Shown here one piece after another: positions 37,834 to 47,630 of a stretch of 64,000 nucleotides of DNA. The notes beneath the pieces were generated by a model. The model did not search any database. It saw only the letters and a program-made list of their open reading frames with translations, and had not been told where the DNA came from. Origin of the DNA: Candidatus Bathyarchaeia archaeon. GTDB lineage: Archaea; Thermoproteota; Bathyarchaeia; Bathyarchaeales; Bathycorpusculaceae. Positions within the stretch are counted from its first letter, which is position 1. The number at the start of each line of letters is the position of its first letter. The position numbers were made by a program, and so were the translations under genes. The stretch lies in NCBI GenBank assembly GCA_038727135.1, contig JAVYWL010000001.1:352001-416000 (forward strand), given 5' to 3'.

Positions 37834-38784
37834 TTAAGAAATTCTAATTAACTTTTCAGCCAAACCTGCAAGCATTTCTCGATACTCTAAAAGCCTTTTA
37901 CGGGCATCCTCTAGCGTGATATCCGAGAACCTTATGATATCATTTGGTTTGGCTTGCCCAAGCCTATCCAAGTCTGGAGTTGTTACAGCTGCTATTTTGG
38001 GATAGCCTCCGGTTGTTTGGGCATCCCTCATAATTGTTATGGGTTTTCCATCTTTGGGTACTTGAATTGCTCCAGGCAAGAGGGCGTCCGAAACTATGTC
38101 AGCCTTTCCCTTATGCTCTATTGTCGGTCCTTCGAGGCGGTAACCCATGCGGTCAGAATCTATTGTAACCTTATAAGAGTTTGAAAGGAAAGTTTTAATG
38201 CCTCTTTCAGTGAACATATCTGCCTGTGGTCCCAAAACAACATGCACAGTGAAACTATCCTTAAAGTGCGGCACGAGGTTTTCTGGCATTCTAAAAACAA
38301 CATCAATGGGTGGAACGCTGAACCCTTCAATTATGTCCCCGACCTTTAGTTGTCTGCCATCTATTCCACCGAAGCGTCCGCGGACATAAGTTGACCTGCT
38401 CCCGAGAACTACGGGCGTGTTTATTCCTCCCCTAATGGAGAGGTAGCATCTGCACCCGCTTTCCACTTTTCCAACAGAAACAACGTCTCCCTTACGCACA
38501 GTTAATGTTTGCCACATGGGCGCTTCCTCACCATTGATTTCCACAGAAATTCTTCCTCCAGTTAAGGCAATCTGAGTATCCACCAACACTTGAAGTTCTG
38601 GTCCTGTGATGGTTATCTCCAAACATGCATCATTAGGGTTGTTTCCAACCAGCAGATTTGCCGCCACCATTGAAAACGAGTCCATGGCGCCAGAAATAGG
38701 GACTCCATATTTAAGGTAGCCATATCTACCCAAGTCTTGCACTGTTGTAAAAAATCCGGGCTTTAAAACTTGAAAAACTTCCAT
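37834..38784 (-). CDS. pxpC: 5-oxoprolinase/allophanate hydrolase subunit C (PxpC/KipA)
   Basis: TTVQDLGR, SGAMD, LGSRST, SDRMGYRL, DAQTTGGYPKI. Confidence 0.9.
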   Translation of the reverse strand: MEVFQVLKPGFFTTVQDLGRYGYLKYGVPISGAMDSFSMVAANLLVGNNPNDACLEITITGPELQVLVDTQIALTGGRISVEINGEEAPMWQTLTVRKGDVVSVGKVESGCRCYLSIRGGINTPVVLGSRSTYVRGRFGGIDGRQLKVGDIIEGFSVPPIDVVFRMPENLVPHFKDSFTVHVVLGPQADMFTERGIKTFLSNSYKVTIDSDRMGYRLEGPTIEHKGKADIVSDALLPGAIQVPKDGKPITIMRDAQTTGGYPKIAAVTTPDLDRLGQAKPNDIIRFSDITLEDARKRLLEYREMLAGLAEKLIRIS

Positions 38785-38786
38785 GC

Positions 38787-39537
38787 CTACAATTCCTCAA
38801 ATTGCAGTTTATAAGCGCCTACCCTAACAAGTTCCTCAATTCTCCTGTAATCCTCCTCTGAAACTGGCTCGAATTTAACAATATCTCCAGGTTTTAGTAA
38901 GGCTGGAGGCTGCTTTTGCGGATCAAAAAGTCTGATTGGTGTCCTGCCTATTATCCGCCACCCCCCCAGGAGCCTCGCATGGATAAATGCCTGTCTGTCT
39001 TTCTGCAATGCCAACAGAACCTGCTGGCACTTTTAGACGCGGAGTTTCAAGACGTGGTGTTGCAATTTCTTCTGGAACGTCACCTAGGTATGGGAAGCCG
39101 GCAACAAAGCCTATCATGTAAACCCTATAGTCTTTCCCGGAATGGTATCTGACAACTTGTTCCTCGGTTAACCTGTGATACTGAGCCACATAACCCAGGT
39201 CTGGTCCATAGGCGCCTCCGTAAATGACTGGGACAATAAGCTTTCTCCCCCCTGTTTTTGCCTGTTTGCTTTCCAACGCCTCTTCAATCTCTTTAATGCG
39301 CACAGCAAGTTGATCGTAAGTTATTTCAGCCGGATTATAACGAACAAGCAGAGACCTATAGGTGGGGACAAACTCTTCAACGCCTTTTATGTCAGCTTTT
39401 AAAAGAGCCTCATTTAAGGCGATGACTTTGCTGTTCACCGCCAAATCAATTACATCACCAAACTCAACTATTAGAGCATGGTCGCCGAAGGGAAGATAAC
39501 GTGCAGAAGGGTAAACCGAGCCTTTCATGGGCATCAT
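38787..39537 (-). pseudogene. pxpB: PxpB/KipI subunit interrupted by a +1 frameshift in a G7 run
   Basis: Frame 1 reads ...GSVGIAERQTGIYPCEAPGG; the conserved GGWRIIGRTP...LLKPGD continues in another frame; C7 run at 38961-38967 on the + strand. Confidence 0.85.
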
Positions 39538-40310
39538 TAGATGAATTGGCTTACTGGTTTAACCTCTATTCCAGCTTTAACAAGCCCTTTTCTTAACGCC
39601 TCAGCTAATTTTACAGCTTTTGGCGTGTCGCCATGAACACAAACTGTGTGAACTTGTCCGAGCCCCACAACTTCACCGCTAAAAGCTTCAACTACGCCTT
39701 CCTTTACGGCTTGTATGGCTCGCTTAACAACCTTTTCCGGCTCCTCAATTACAGCGCCGGGTTCCCCCCTTGAAACTAGGCTTCCATCTGGGTTATAGGC
39801 TCTGTCCGCAAAAAACTCGTAGGCAACCCGTAATCCAGCGTTAGCAGCCACCTCAGCCATCGCGGATTTCGGCGGTGCAAAAACGATTAAGTTCCTATCC
39901 AGCTCTGAGACAGCTTCAGCTATAGCCTTGGAAAGCTCTCTATCCTTTAACGCCGTGTTATACATCGCACCGTGAGGCTTTACATGTTGAAGACTTAAGC
40001 CGAAAACTTTGACAAATTCGAGAAGCGCTCCAACCTGGTAAATGATGTAGTTTTTTGCCTCTTCACTTGATAGTTGCATTTCTCTTCTTCCAAACCCCAT
40101 TAGATCCGGGTATCCAGGATGAGCCCCCACGGCGACTCCATACTTCTTTGCCAAAGCCACCGTCCGCGCCATTATCGAAGGGTCGCCCGCGTGAAAACCA
40201 CACGCAACATTAGCAGAAGTTATGTAGGGCATTATTTCCTCGTCATTCCCAATCCTGAATGCTCCATAGCTTTCGCCTAAATCACAGTTTATATCAACCA
40301 GAAACCTCAA
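39537..40310 (-). CDS. pxpA: 5-oxoprolinase subunit A (LamB/YcsF)
   Basis: DINCDLGES, ANVACGFHAGD, GAHPGYPD..GFGRR, HVKPHGA, FADRAY, CVHGD; start taken as TTG40310. Confidence 0.93.
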   Translation of the reverse strand: MRFLVDINCDLGESYGAFRIGNDEEIMPYITSANVACGFHAGDPSIMARTVALAKKYGVAVGAHPGYPDLMGFGRREMQLSSEEAKNYIIYQVGALLEFVKVFGLSLQHVKPHGAMYNTALKDRELSKAIAEAVSELDRNLIVFAPPKSAMAEVAANAGLRVAYEFFADRAYNPDGSLVSRGEPGAVIEEPEKVVKRAIQAVKEGVVEAFSGEVVGLGQVHTVCVHGDTPKAVKLAEALRKGLVKAGIEVKPVSQFI

Positions 40311-40335
40311 ACCAACACTTCCTAAAGCATTAAAA

Positions 40336-41361
40336 TCATAGGTATTTCCGCATATCCTCAACCGCAGCCGAGGGAACTGGCAAATCTTTCATGGTCAGCA
40401 AGCCAGCCGGAGCCTTTAGCACTTTTGGAATAGAGTTTACAATTATTGCCACTGTGCCCGCGTCCCCGTGGACGCACGGCTGAATTTTCTGCTTGATTGT
40501 TGGAACGCCCGTGATCGTTATGGCGTCGTACTCTTCTTTCGCCCCGATATAGGCTTGAAAGTCTAGAACTATAACCTCTTTGCCCTTCATTATTCCCTTC
40601 GCCGTCTGCCTCAAACCTGCAACTTTCCCAGCTTCAACCTTTATGAAGTCGCTTTTTACTGGTTCTTTGGCTATTACCGGTTCGACGGGTTCAGCCTTTA
40701 TTTCATCAAGTTCCCATGCCAGCGCATCTGCAATCATCGCAATAGACTGCTCAAGTCCCACATGTCCAGTTATTTCTCCTTTCGCAATTTTTTGTTTAAA
40801 TTCTTCTACTGTTAGGCCTGCGCCTATCTTTTTCTGGAAGGGTAAACGTCTTGTTGCAGCGTTCATAACTCTGACGGCTTCGATTTTCTCTATTTTTTGA
40901 CATGCCGCTGTCAGTGTTATCACAAGAGTGTCCATTAGGAAACCTGGGTTTATTCCTGTGCCTAAGACTGTCACGTCATGTTTTTTGGCCAACTTGTCCA
41001 GTTCCTTTGCTATTTTTGGCTCTGAATAGTAGGGGTACGAGAGTTCTTCGCATGTCGATATAACATTAACACCATGTTTGATTATAGAAGCTATTTGAGG
41101 GTAAGTATCTTTAAGATAAGATGATGTAGCGTGAATGACTATCTCTGGCTTCGTTTTTGAAAGTGTGGCGTCAACATCGCTGGAAACTGTTATGCCAAGT
41201 TCCCTGTTTAAGCCTAAAATTTCGCCTAAATCCTTGCCTACCTTATCCTTTGCAACATCGATTGCGCCAACTATTTTTACGCCTCTCTTTTCGAGAAGAG
41301 CCTTTGCTATTAAACTTCCAACAGCGCCAACCCCGTATAAAACAACTTTAACCTCTTCCAT
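40336..41361 (-). CDS. NAD(P)-dependent amine dehydrogenase (2,4-diaminopentanoate dehydrogenase/Ord-like, DapB-like fold)
   Basis: YGVGAVG, STCEEL, LGTGINPGFLMD, GHVGLEQS, GDAGT..IVNSIP. Confidence 0.8.
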   Translation of the reverse strand: MEEVKVVLYGVGAVGSLIAKALLEKRGVKIVGAIDVAKDKVGKDLGEILGLNRELGITVSSDVDATLSKTKPEIVIHATSSYLKDTYPQIASIIKHGVNVISTCEELSYPYYSEPKIAKELDKLAKKHDVTVLGTGINPGFLMDTLVITLTAACQKIEKIEAVRVMNAATRRLPFQKKIGAGLTVEEFKQKIAKGEITGHVGLEQSIAMIADALAWELDEIKAEPVEPVIAKEPVKSDFIKVEAGKVAGLRQTAKGIMKGKEVIVLDFQAYIGAKEEYDAITITGVPTIKQKIQPCVHGDAGTVAIIVNSIPKVLKAPAGLLTMKDLPVPSAAVEDMRKYL

Positions 41362-41435
41362 AGGACGCTCCTCACGTTTTTATGGTTTATTTGGTTGTGA
41401 TATCTATAAAAGAAGTTTGGCTTACGATTTAAAAC

Positions 41436-41451
41436 CTTTACATTTGTAAAG
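41436..41451. promoter_or_regulatory. Inverted repeat in a divergent promoter
   Basis: CTTTACA-TT-TGTAAAG directly before TATA-like TTTATAT (41452-41458). Confidence 0.45.
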
Positions 41452-41493
41452 TTTATATTTATGAGCTTTCCCCAATAATAGGGGGCGGCTTAA

Positions 41494-42936
41494 TTGAGCG
41501 CCGGAAAAACTGTGACTTATAAAGAAGTTCTCGCCGAATATCCAGATGCAGAGAAAATTAAGTTCTGCTTTGAATGCGGAGTATGCACGGCAAGCTGCCC
41601 CATGACAGAACTTCTAAAAGGGGAATACAATCCGAGGAATATCCTTGAAAAGATTTTTTTAAACATCGAAGAAGCTTTTGTTTCAGATGAGATTTGGCTC
41701 TGCGCTTGGTGTTATCGCTGCTATAGGCACTGTCCTCAAGCATTAAAACCGCCAGAAATATTCCTCTACACTCGAAAGTTCGCAGTTAAAGCTGGATATA
41801 GACAGGCATTCGAAAATGCCATCCATAAGATTGTCAAAGTATCTCCCCTTCCCTTGGTTACGATTTGTGCCTGTTTTCATCCGGAGCGCGCAGGCTTAGA
41901 CTTAAGCAAGGTCATAAAAGAAGCTGAAAAACTGAGGAAGGAATTTTTAGAAGAGAAAAAAGGGAAAATTAAGGCGGAACCAGCAAAAAAGAAAGTTGCG
42001 GTTATTGGTTCTGGACCTGCGGGGCTCACAGTTGCTCATGATTTAACCTTGAAAAACTATGAAGTTACGGTTTTTGAGGCTATGAAAGAGCCTGGTGGCA
42101 TGTTGAGGAAGTGTTTGCCGGCCTATCGTCTTCCAAGGGAACTTTTAGACATGGACATACAAGCGTTGAAGGACCTCGGCGTGGAAATAAAGACTGGTGT
42201 GGCGGTCGGTAAAGATGTTGATTTTAGCAGTTTATGGGATCTAGGCTATGATGCCATTTTCGTTGGCGTTGGTGCCAATAAAGGGCAGCACTTGAAAATT
42301 GAGGGCGCTGATTTAGAAGGGGTAGTGCATGCTCTAGACTTTCTCTGGATGTTTAACTCTGGAATAACGCCAAATGTTAGGGGTAAACGTGTTGCCATCA
42401 TTGGCGGTGGAAATGTTGCAGTTGACTCCGCAAGAACTGCCCTTAAACATGGAGCTAGGGAGGCGACTATTTTTTACCGAAGGTCTAAAGAGGAGATGCC
42501 CGCAAACCCGTGGGAAGTTAAAGAGGCAGAAAATGAGGGCGTAAAAATTGAGTTTTTAGTCTCTCCGAAGAGAATCTTGGGTGACGATAAAAGGGTTTCC
42601 GCTGTTGAGTTTGTTCGGATGAGGCTAGGCGAGTTAGACGAGACCGGAAGAAGAAAACCGATCCCCATTGAAGGTTCTGAATTTGTTAAAGAGGCGGACA
42701 TGGTGGTTTTGGCGATAGGCGAATTCCCAGACCTCTATTTTCTGCCTAAGGAAATTGAATTGAATGAAGACGGAACAATTTGGGTTAACCCGTTAACTAT
42801 GGAGACAACCCTTGAAGGTGTTTTTGCCGGAGGGGACTCTGTGACTGGTCCAGCCTCAATAATTGAGGCTATATGTGCCGGAAGGATTGCCGCCTTTTCA
42901 ATTGATTGTTATCTAAAGTCTTTGGGTCTAAGGTGA
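41494..42936 (+). CDS. HdrC-like Fe-S domain fused to a GltD/NfnB-like FAD/NAD(P) oxidoreductase
   Basis: CFECGVCTASCP and CAWCYRCYRHCP; then GSGPAGL, PGGML..PAYRLP, GGGNVAVD, YRRS, GVFAGGD. Confidence 0.85.
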   Translation: MSAGKTVTYKEVLAEYPDAEKIKFCFECGVCTASCPMTELLKGEYNPRNILEKIFLNIEEAFVSDEIWLCAWCYRCYRHCPQALKPPEIFLYTRKFAVKAGYRQAFENAIHKIVKVSPLPLVTICACFHPERAGLDLSKVIKEAEKLRKEFLEEKKGKIKAEPAKKKVAVIGSGPAGLTVAHDLTLKNYEVTVFEAMKEPGGMLRKCLPAYRLPRELLDMDIQALKDLGVEIKTGVAVGKDVDFSSLWDLGYDAIFVGVGANKGQHLKIEGADLEGVVHALDFLWMFNSGITPNVRGKRVAIIGGGNVAVDSARTALKHGAREATIFYRRSKEEMPANPWEVKEAENEGVKIEFLVSPKRILGDDKRVSAVEFVRMRLGELDETGRRKPIPIEGSEFVKEADMVVLAIGEFPDLYFLPKEIELNEDGTIWVNPLTMETTLEGVFAGGDSVTGPASIIEAICAGRIAAFSIDCYLKSLGLR

Positions 42937-42943
42937 TTGGAAA

Positions 42944-45349
42944 ATGGCTGGAGAGGAAATACGTATAGGGGTTTATGTTTGCCACTGCGGTTTGAATATT
43001 GCGGGCTCTGTTGATTGTAAAGAGGTCGCAGAGTTCGCTTCCACGCTTCCAAACGTTGTTTTGGCGAGAGATTATCGATATACATGTTCAAACCAAGGAC
43101 AGGAACTCATAAAGAATAATATCAGGGAGTATAGGCTTAATCGTGTGGTTGTTGCTTCATGCTCTCCCCGCCTCCATGAACCTACATTCCGAAAAGTGTG
43201 CGAGGAGGCCGGGTTAAACAAGTACCTTTTTGAGATGGCTAACATACGGGAACAGTGCAGCTGGGTCCACCTCCATGATAGAAAGGCGGCGACTGAAAAG
43301 GCTAAAGATCTTGTGAAAATGGCTGTGGCTAAGGCGGCCCTATTAAAGCCAGCCAAGGAAATTGAAGTGCCGATTATAAGAAAGGCACTTGTAATTGGCG
43401 GCGGCGTTGCAGGAATTCAAGCAGCATTGGACCTCGCTAACACTGGTTATAAAGTTTATTTGGTGGAGAGGGAGCCGAGCATCGGCGGTATGATGGCGAG
43501 AATAGATAAAACTTTTCCAACAATGGACTGTTCAATATGCATTCTTGCCCCAAAAATGTCTGATGTGGGGCATCATCCAAACATTGAACTATTAACCAAC
43601 AGTGAAGTTATCGATGTAAAGGGGTATATCGGCAACTTCCGAGTAAAAGTTTTAAAAAAGCCGCGTTATGTGAAGGAAGACTGCTCAGCGTGTGGTGAGT
43701 GCTCAAAAGTTTGTCCCATGACAGCGCCGAACGAGTTTGATGCTGGATTAGCTCTAAGACGCGCCATTTACACGCCTTTTGCACAGGCAGTTCCGTCAAC
43801 CTACATAATTGACATGAGCCTATGCCTAAATAAAGACGGCGTAATGGTATGCGACAAATGCATTAAAGCCTGCGAAAGGCAAGCCATAGACTTCACAATG
43901 AAACCTGAAACCGTAGAACTAGAAGTAGGAACGATAATAGTGGCGACGGGAGCGGACGTTTTCGACCCATCCGCGCTTCCTCAGTATGGTTATGGCAAAT
44001 ATTTGAATGTGATTACATCGCTTGAATTTGAAAGGCTAATTAATGCTGGCGGTCCGTCTGGAGGGCGGCTTGTTAGGCCTGGCGACATGAAGGTTCCGAA
44101 GCGTGTGGCTTTTATACAGTGTGTTGGCTCTCGCTCCAATAGGACCGGACGAACCTACTGCAGCAATGTTTGCTGCATGAACACCATAAAAGACAGCCTC
44201 CTCATCAAAGAGCACTGGCCTGAAACTGAAATCTACGTCTTTTACGTTGACATTCGTGCATATGGAAAGGGGTTCGAAGACCTATACAAGAGGGCTAAAA
44301 AGGAAGGCGTAATATTCATCAGGGGGCTTCCAGCAGAAATAATTGAGGATAAGAAGACTCGAAACCTCTGGCTCATAGGTGAAAATACGCTCCTAAAAGA
44401 GTCTTACAAAATGAACTTTGACATGGTTATTCTATCCGTTGGCCTGGAGCCGCGGAAAGATAGCGAAGTAATACAGCGACTGTTGACCCTTTCAAGGACG
44501 CAAGACGGATTTTTCATGGAAGCCCATCCAAAACTCCGACCAGTGGACGCTGCAACCGGAGGCATATTCTTCGCCGGATGCGCTGAGGCTCCAAAGGACA
44601 TAAAGGACAGCGTAACACAAGCCAGCGCGGCTGCAGCCAGAGCTGGCATACTAATGGCTAATGGTAAAGTTACGGTTGAGGCCATTACGCCAATTTTAGA
44701 TGTGGAAAAGTGCAAGGCTTGCGGGCTTTGCACAAAGGTTTGCCCCTACAACGCGATAACTCTTAACAAAGAGCTTAAACGCATTGAAATTGTTGAGGCT
44801 GCTTGTGGAGGATGCGGAACATGTGCTGCAGAATGCCCATCCGACGCATTAACCCAGAACCACTTCACTGATGAGCAGATAATAGCTCAAATTGACGCCG
44901 TTACAGAATATGATGCCGACAAGAAAATTGTAGCTTTCTGCTGCAATTGGTGCGCTTATGCAGGTGCGGATTTCGCCGGAGTCAGTAGGATGCAGTATCC
45001 GCCAAACGTCCGAATAATTAGAACCATGTGCTCGGGAAGGGTTGCTCCAAAATTTGTTGAAAGAGCCTTCGCAAGAGGAGCTGCCGCAGTTCTGGTGGCT
45101 GGCTGCCACCCAGGAGACTGCCACTACATTAATGCTAACTATCATACTCAAATACGTGTGGAACGCTTATGGAAAAAGATGGAACAGAACGGTCTACGCA
45201 AGGAGAGGCTTCAGCTTTTATGGGTTTCAGCAGCTGAAGGAGAAAGATTTACCTCAAAAATTTATGAAATGCAAAAAATTGTGGAAAGTATAACTTCAGA
45301 GGAAATAGAACATGCCAAAAAAGTTTTTTCAAAAGCTGGAGGAGCTTAA
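42944..45349 (+). CDS. hdrA: Heterodisulfide reductase subunit A fused to a C-terminal MvhD domain
   Basis: GVYVCHCG, ASCSP, ANIREQCSW, GGGVAG, KTFPTMDCSICI, QCVGSR, CSNVCC; MvhD part FCCNWCAYAGAD, MCSGRV, GCHPGDCHY. Confidence 0.95.
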   Translation: MAGEEIRIGVYVCHCGLNIAGSVDCKEVAEFASTLPNVVLARDYRYTCSNQGQELIKNNIREYRLNRVVVASCSPRLHEPTFRKVCEEAGLNKYLFEMANIREQCSWVHLHDRKAATEKAKDLVKMAVAKAALLKPAKEIEVPIIRKALVIGGGVAGIQAALDLANTGYKVYLVEREPSIGGMMARIDKTFPTMDCSICILAPKMSDVGHHPNIELLTNSEVIDVKGYIGNFRVKVLKKPRYVKEDCSACGECSKVCPMTAPNEFDAGLALRRAIYTPFAQAVPSTYIIDMSLCLNKDGVMVCDKCIKACERQAIDFTMKPETVELEVGTIIVATGADVFDPSALPQYGYGKYLNVITSLEFERLINAGGPSGGRLVRPGDMKVPKRVAFIQCVGSRSNRTGRTYCSNVCCMNTIKDSLLIKEHWPETEIYVFYVDIRAYGKGFEDLYKRAKKEGVIFIRGLPAEIIEDKKTRNLWLIGENTLLKESYKMNFDMVILSVGLEPRKDSEVIQRLLTLSRTQDGFFMEAHPKLRPVDAATGGIFFAGCAEAPKDIKDSVTQASAAAARAGILMANGKVTVEAITPILDVEKCKACGLCTKVCPYNAITLNKELKRIEIVEAACGGCGTCAAECPSDALTQNHFTDEQIIAQIDAVTEYDADKKIVAFCCNWCAYAGADFAGVSRMQYPPNVRIIRTMCSGRVAPKFVERAFARGAAAVLVAGCHPGDCHYINANYHTQIRVERLWKKMEQNGLRKERLQLLWVSAAEGERFTSKIYEMQKIVESITSEEIEHAKKVFSKAGGA

Positions 45350-45350
45350 G

Positions 45351-45629
45351 ATGCCTGAAAGGCTTTGGAGAACCCCACTAGACATCGAGAAGGTTTCAAG
45401 GCCGAAAGCTGAAATCTACGTATTAAAAGACCAGTGCAAGGGTTGCGGCTTCTGCATTCAATTCTGTCCCAGAAAGGTTCTAGAGGAATCTGACGAGATT
45501 AATGCCAGAGGGGTTCATCCTCCAAGAGTTGTTGATGAAAAAAGCTGCATACTATGTAGCTTCTGCACGGCAATATGCCCAGACTTCGCAATTTTTGTTA
45601 AAGAAAAACATTGTAAGGATGGATGTTAG
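45351..45629 (+). CDS. 2-oxoacid:ferredoxin oxidoreductase delta (ferredoxin) subunit
   Basis: CKGCGFCIQFCP and CILCSFCTAICP; start ATG45351 with GGAGG upstream. Confidence 0.9.
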   Translation: MPERLWRTPLDIEKVSRPKAEIYVLKDQCKGCGFCIQFCPRKVLEESDEINARGVHPPRVVDEKSCILCSFCTAICPDFAIFVKEKHCKDGC

Positions 45630-46784
45630 ATGACTGATGAAAAAACGGTCTTGACTGGCGTCCATTTTATGAGCGGTGACATAGCATGCGCAGAAGGTGC
45701 CATTGCCGCGGGATGCCGATTTTTCGCCGGATATCCCATAACGCCTGCAACAGAAATAGCCGAGCATATTGCAGCTAGAATGCCAAAAGTGGGCGGAATT
45801 TACATCCAAATGGAAGACGAAATAGCCTCAATAGCTGCCGTGATAGGCGCATCCTATGCGGGTTTAAAGGCTATGACGGCGACTTCTGGGCCAGGCTTTA
45901 GCTTGATGCAGGAGAATATAGGCTTGGCTGCCATGACGGAAGCCCCATGCGTGATTGTTGACGTAATGAGGGGCGGTCCCAGCACTGGACAGCCAACCCT
46001 TCCGGGGCAGCAGGATGTCATGCAGGCCAAATGGGGTTCTCATGGCGATTATGAAATCATTGCTTTGGCGCCTTCTTCTGTTCAGGAAATGTTTGACTTG
46101 ACAATCGAGGCTTTCAACATGGCGGAAACCTATCGCGTTCCAACATTGGTGATGGCTGACGAAGTTGTCGCCCACATGTGGGAAAAAGTTGTGATCCCGC
46201 CAGCTGAGGAAATAAGGATAGTTAACCGCAAAAAGCCCAACACGTCACCGGATAAGTATATGCCCTTCATGCCAGACGACGACTTAGTTCCGCCAATGGC
46301 TTGTTTCGGCGAAGGCTTCCGCTTTCATGCAACAGGCCTAACCCACGACGAGTATGGCTATCCACGCACCCAAAGCTCAGAGGTTCAAATGAGGCTTGTG
46401 CAGAGGCTATGCGACAAGATAAGGAAGAACGCTGACAAAATTATCCGCGTTGAAGAACAATTGCTGGACGATGCCGAAATAGTGGTTTTTGCCTATGGAA
46501 TAGTTGCAAGGGCAGCCCTAAGCGCGGTAAGAAAAGCAAGGCAGCAGGGTATAAAAGCCGGCCTTCTCCGCCCAATCACCTTATGGCCCTTCCCGGAAAA
46601 GCAAGTTGCAAAGGCTGCTGAAAAAGCCAAAGCCATAATTGTTCCAGAAATGAACTGCGGGCAAATGGTAAAGGAGGTAGAAAGAGCCGCGAAAGGAACG
46701 CCTGTTTATCATATATCAAAGTTGGGTGAGGAGCCGCATACGCCGATGGAGATCCTCGAATTTATAAGGAGGTATTGCAAATGA
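45630..46784 (+). CDS. korA: 2-oxoacid:ferredoxin oxidoreductase alpha subunit (KorA-like)
   Basis: GYPITPATE, QMEDE, TATSGPGFSLMQE, RGGPSTG. Confidence 0.92.
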   Translation: MTDEKTVLTGVHFMSGDIACAEGAIAAGCRFFAGYPITPATEIAEHIAARMPKVGGIYIQMEDEIASIAAVIGASYAGLKAMTATSGPGFSLMQENIGLAAMTEAPCVIVDVMRGGPSTGQPTLPGQQDVMQAKWGSHGDYEIIALAPSSVQEMFDLTIEAFNMAETYRVPTLVMADEVVAHMWEKVVIPPAEEIRIVNRKKPNTSPDKYMPFMPDDDLVPPMACFGEGFRFHATGLTHDEYGYPRTQSSEVQMRLVQRLCDKIRKNADKIIRVEEQLLDDAEIVVFAYGIVARAALSAVRKARQQGIKAGLLRPITLWPFPEKQVAKAAEKAKAIIVPEMNCGQMVKEVERAAKGTPVYHISKLGEEPHTPMEILEFIRRYCK

Positions 46785-47620
46785 CGGAAGCCGTTGAGCA
46801 GCATCCCCTTTCAAAATATTTGAGAGCTGCCATGATGCCCCACATATGGTGCTCCGGATGCGGAAACGGCATAATACTCAATGCTTTTGTGCAAGCGCTT
46901 GATGAGCTGCAAGTAAATCTTGACAAGCTTGTCGTTGTTTCAGGGATAGGCTGTATTGGAAGGGCTGCCGGCTACACGAATGTTGATTCCTTTCACACGA
47001 CTCACGGGCGCCCCATCGCCTTCGCAACGGGTGTTAAACTCGCAAATCCAGAGCTGGAAGTTGTCGTTATAAGCGGCGACGGCGATCTCTTCGCCATAGG
47101 AGGAAACCACTTCATCCACGCAGCAAGAAGAAACATTGGAATTAAGGTAATATGCGCCAACAACTTTAACTATGGAATGACTGGCGGACAGGTTGGACCA
47201 ACAACACCGCTAGACGCCTTTACAACGACAACACCTTATGGGAACATAGAGCATCCCTTCAACTTGGTTCATTTGGCAGCGGCAGCCGGCGCCACTTATG
47301 TGGCGAGGTGGACAACCCTTCACGTGCGAATGCTTACAATGTCCATTAAGAAACTTCTACAAAGGAAGGGTTTTTCCTTCATAGAGGTTATATCGCCATG
47401 CCCGGAAATCTATGGACGTCATAACAAGATGCGAACGGGACTTGAAATGATGGAGTGGTTTAGGAAGGCGTCGGTTATAGCCAACTTCTCAGATCCGGCT
47501 AAGGCAGAAATAACCCCAGAAAGAATAGTTGTCGGCGAATTCGTGGACCTCCAAAAGCCAACCTATGAGGAGTTACTCCACAATAAAATGGCGCAAATAA
47601 TGAAAGAAGGCGAAAAATAG
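46781..47620 (+). CDS. korB: 2-oxoacid:ferredoxin oxidoreductase beta subunit (KorB-like)
   Basis: WCSGCG, SGIGC, HTTHGR, GDGD (TPP motif), YGMTGGQ. Confidence 0.92.
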   Translation: MTEAVEQHPLSKYLRAAMMPHIWCSGCGNGIILNAFVQALDELQVNLDKLVVVSGIGCIGRAAGYTNVDSFHTTHGRPIAFATGVKLANPELEVVVISGDGDLFAIGGNHFIHAARRNIGIKVICANNFNYGMTGGQVGPTTPLDAFTTTTPYGNIEHPFNLVHLAAAAGATYVARWTTLHVRMLTMSIKKLLQRKGFSFIEVISPCPEIYGRHNKMRTGLEMMEWFRKASVIANFSDPAKAEITPERIVVGEFVDLQKPTYEELLHNKMAQIMKEGEK

Positions 47621-47630
47621 GTGAGGCGTG

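Noticed and set aside
38787-39014. 75-aa ORF as an independent gene
   Set aside because: It is the frameshifted C-terminus of pxpB.
42944-45349. Possible selenocysteine recoding in HdrA/MvhD
   Set aside because: The ORF is uninterrupted and the relevant positions are Cys codons.
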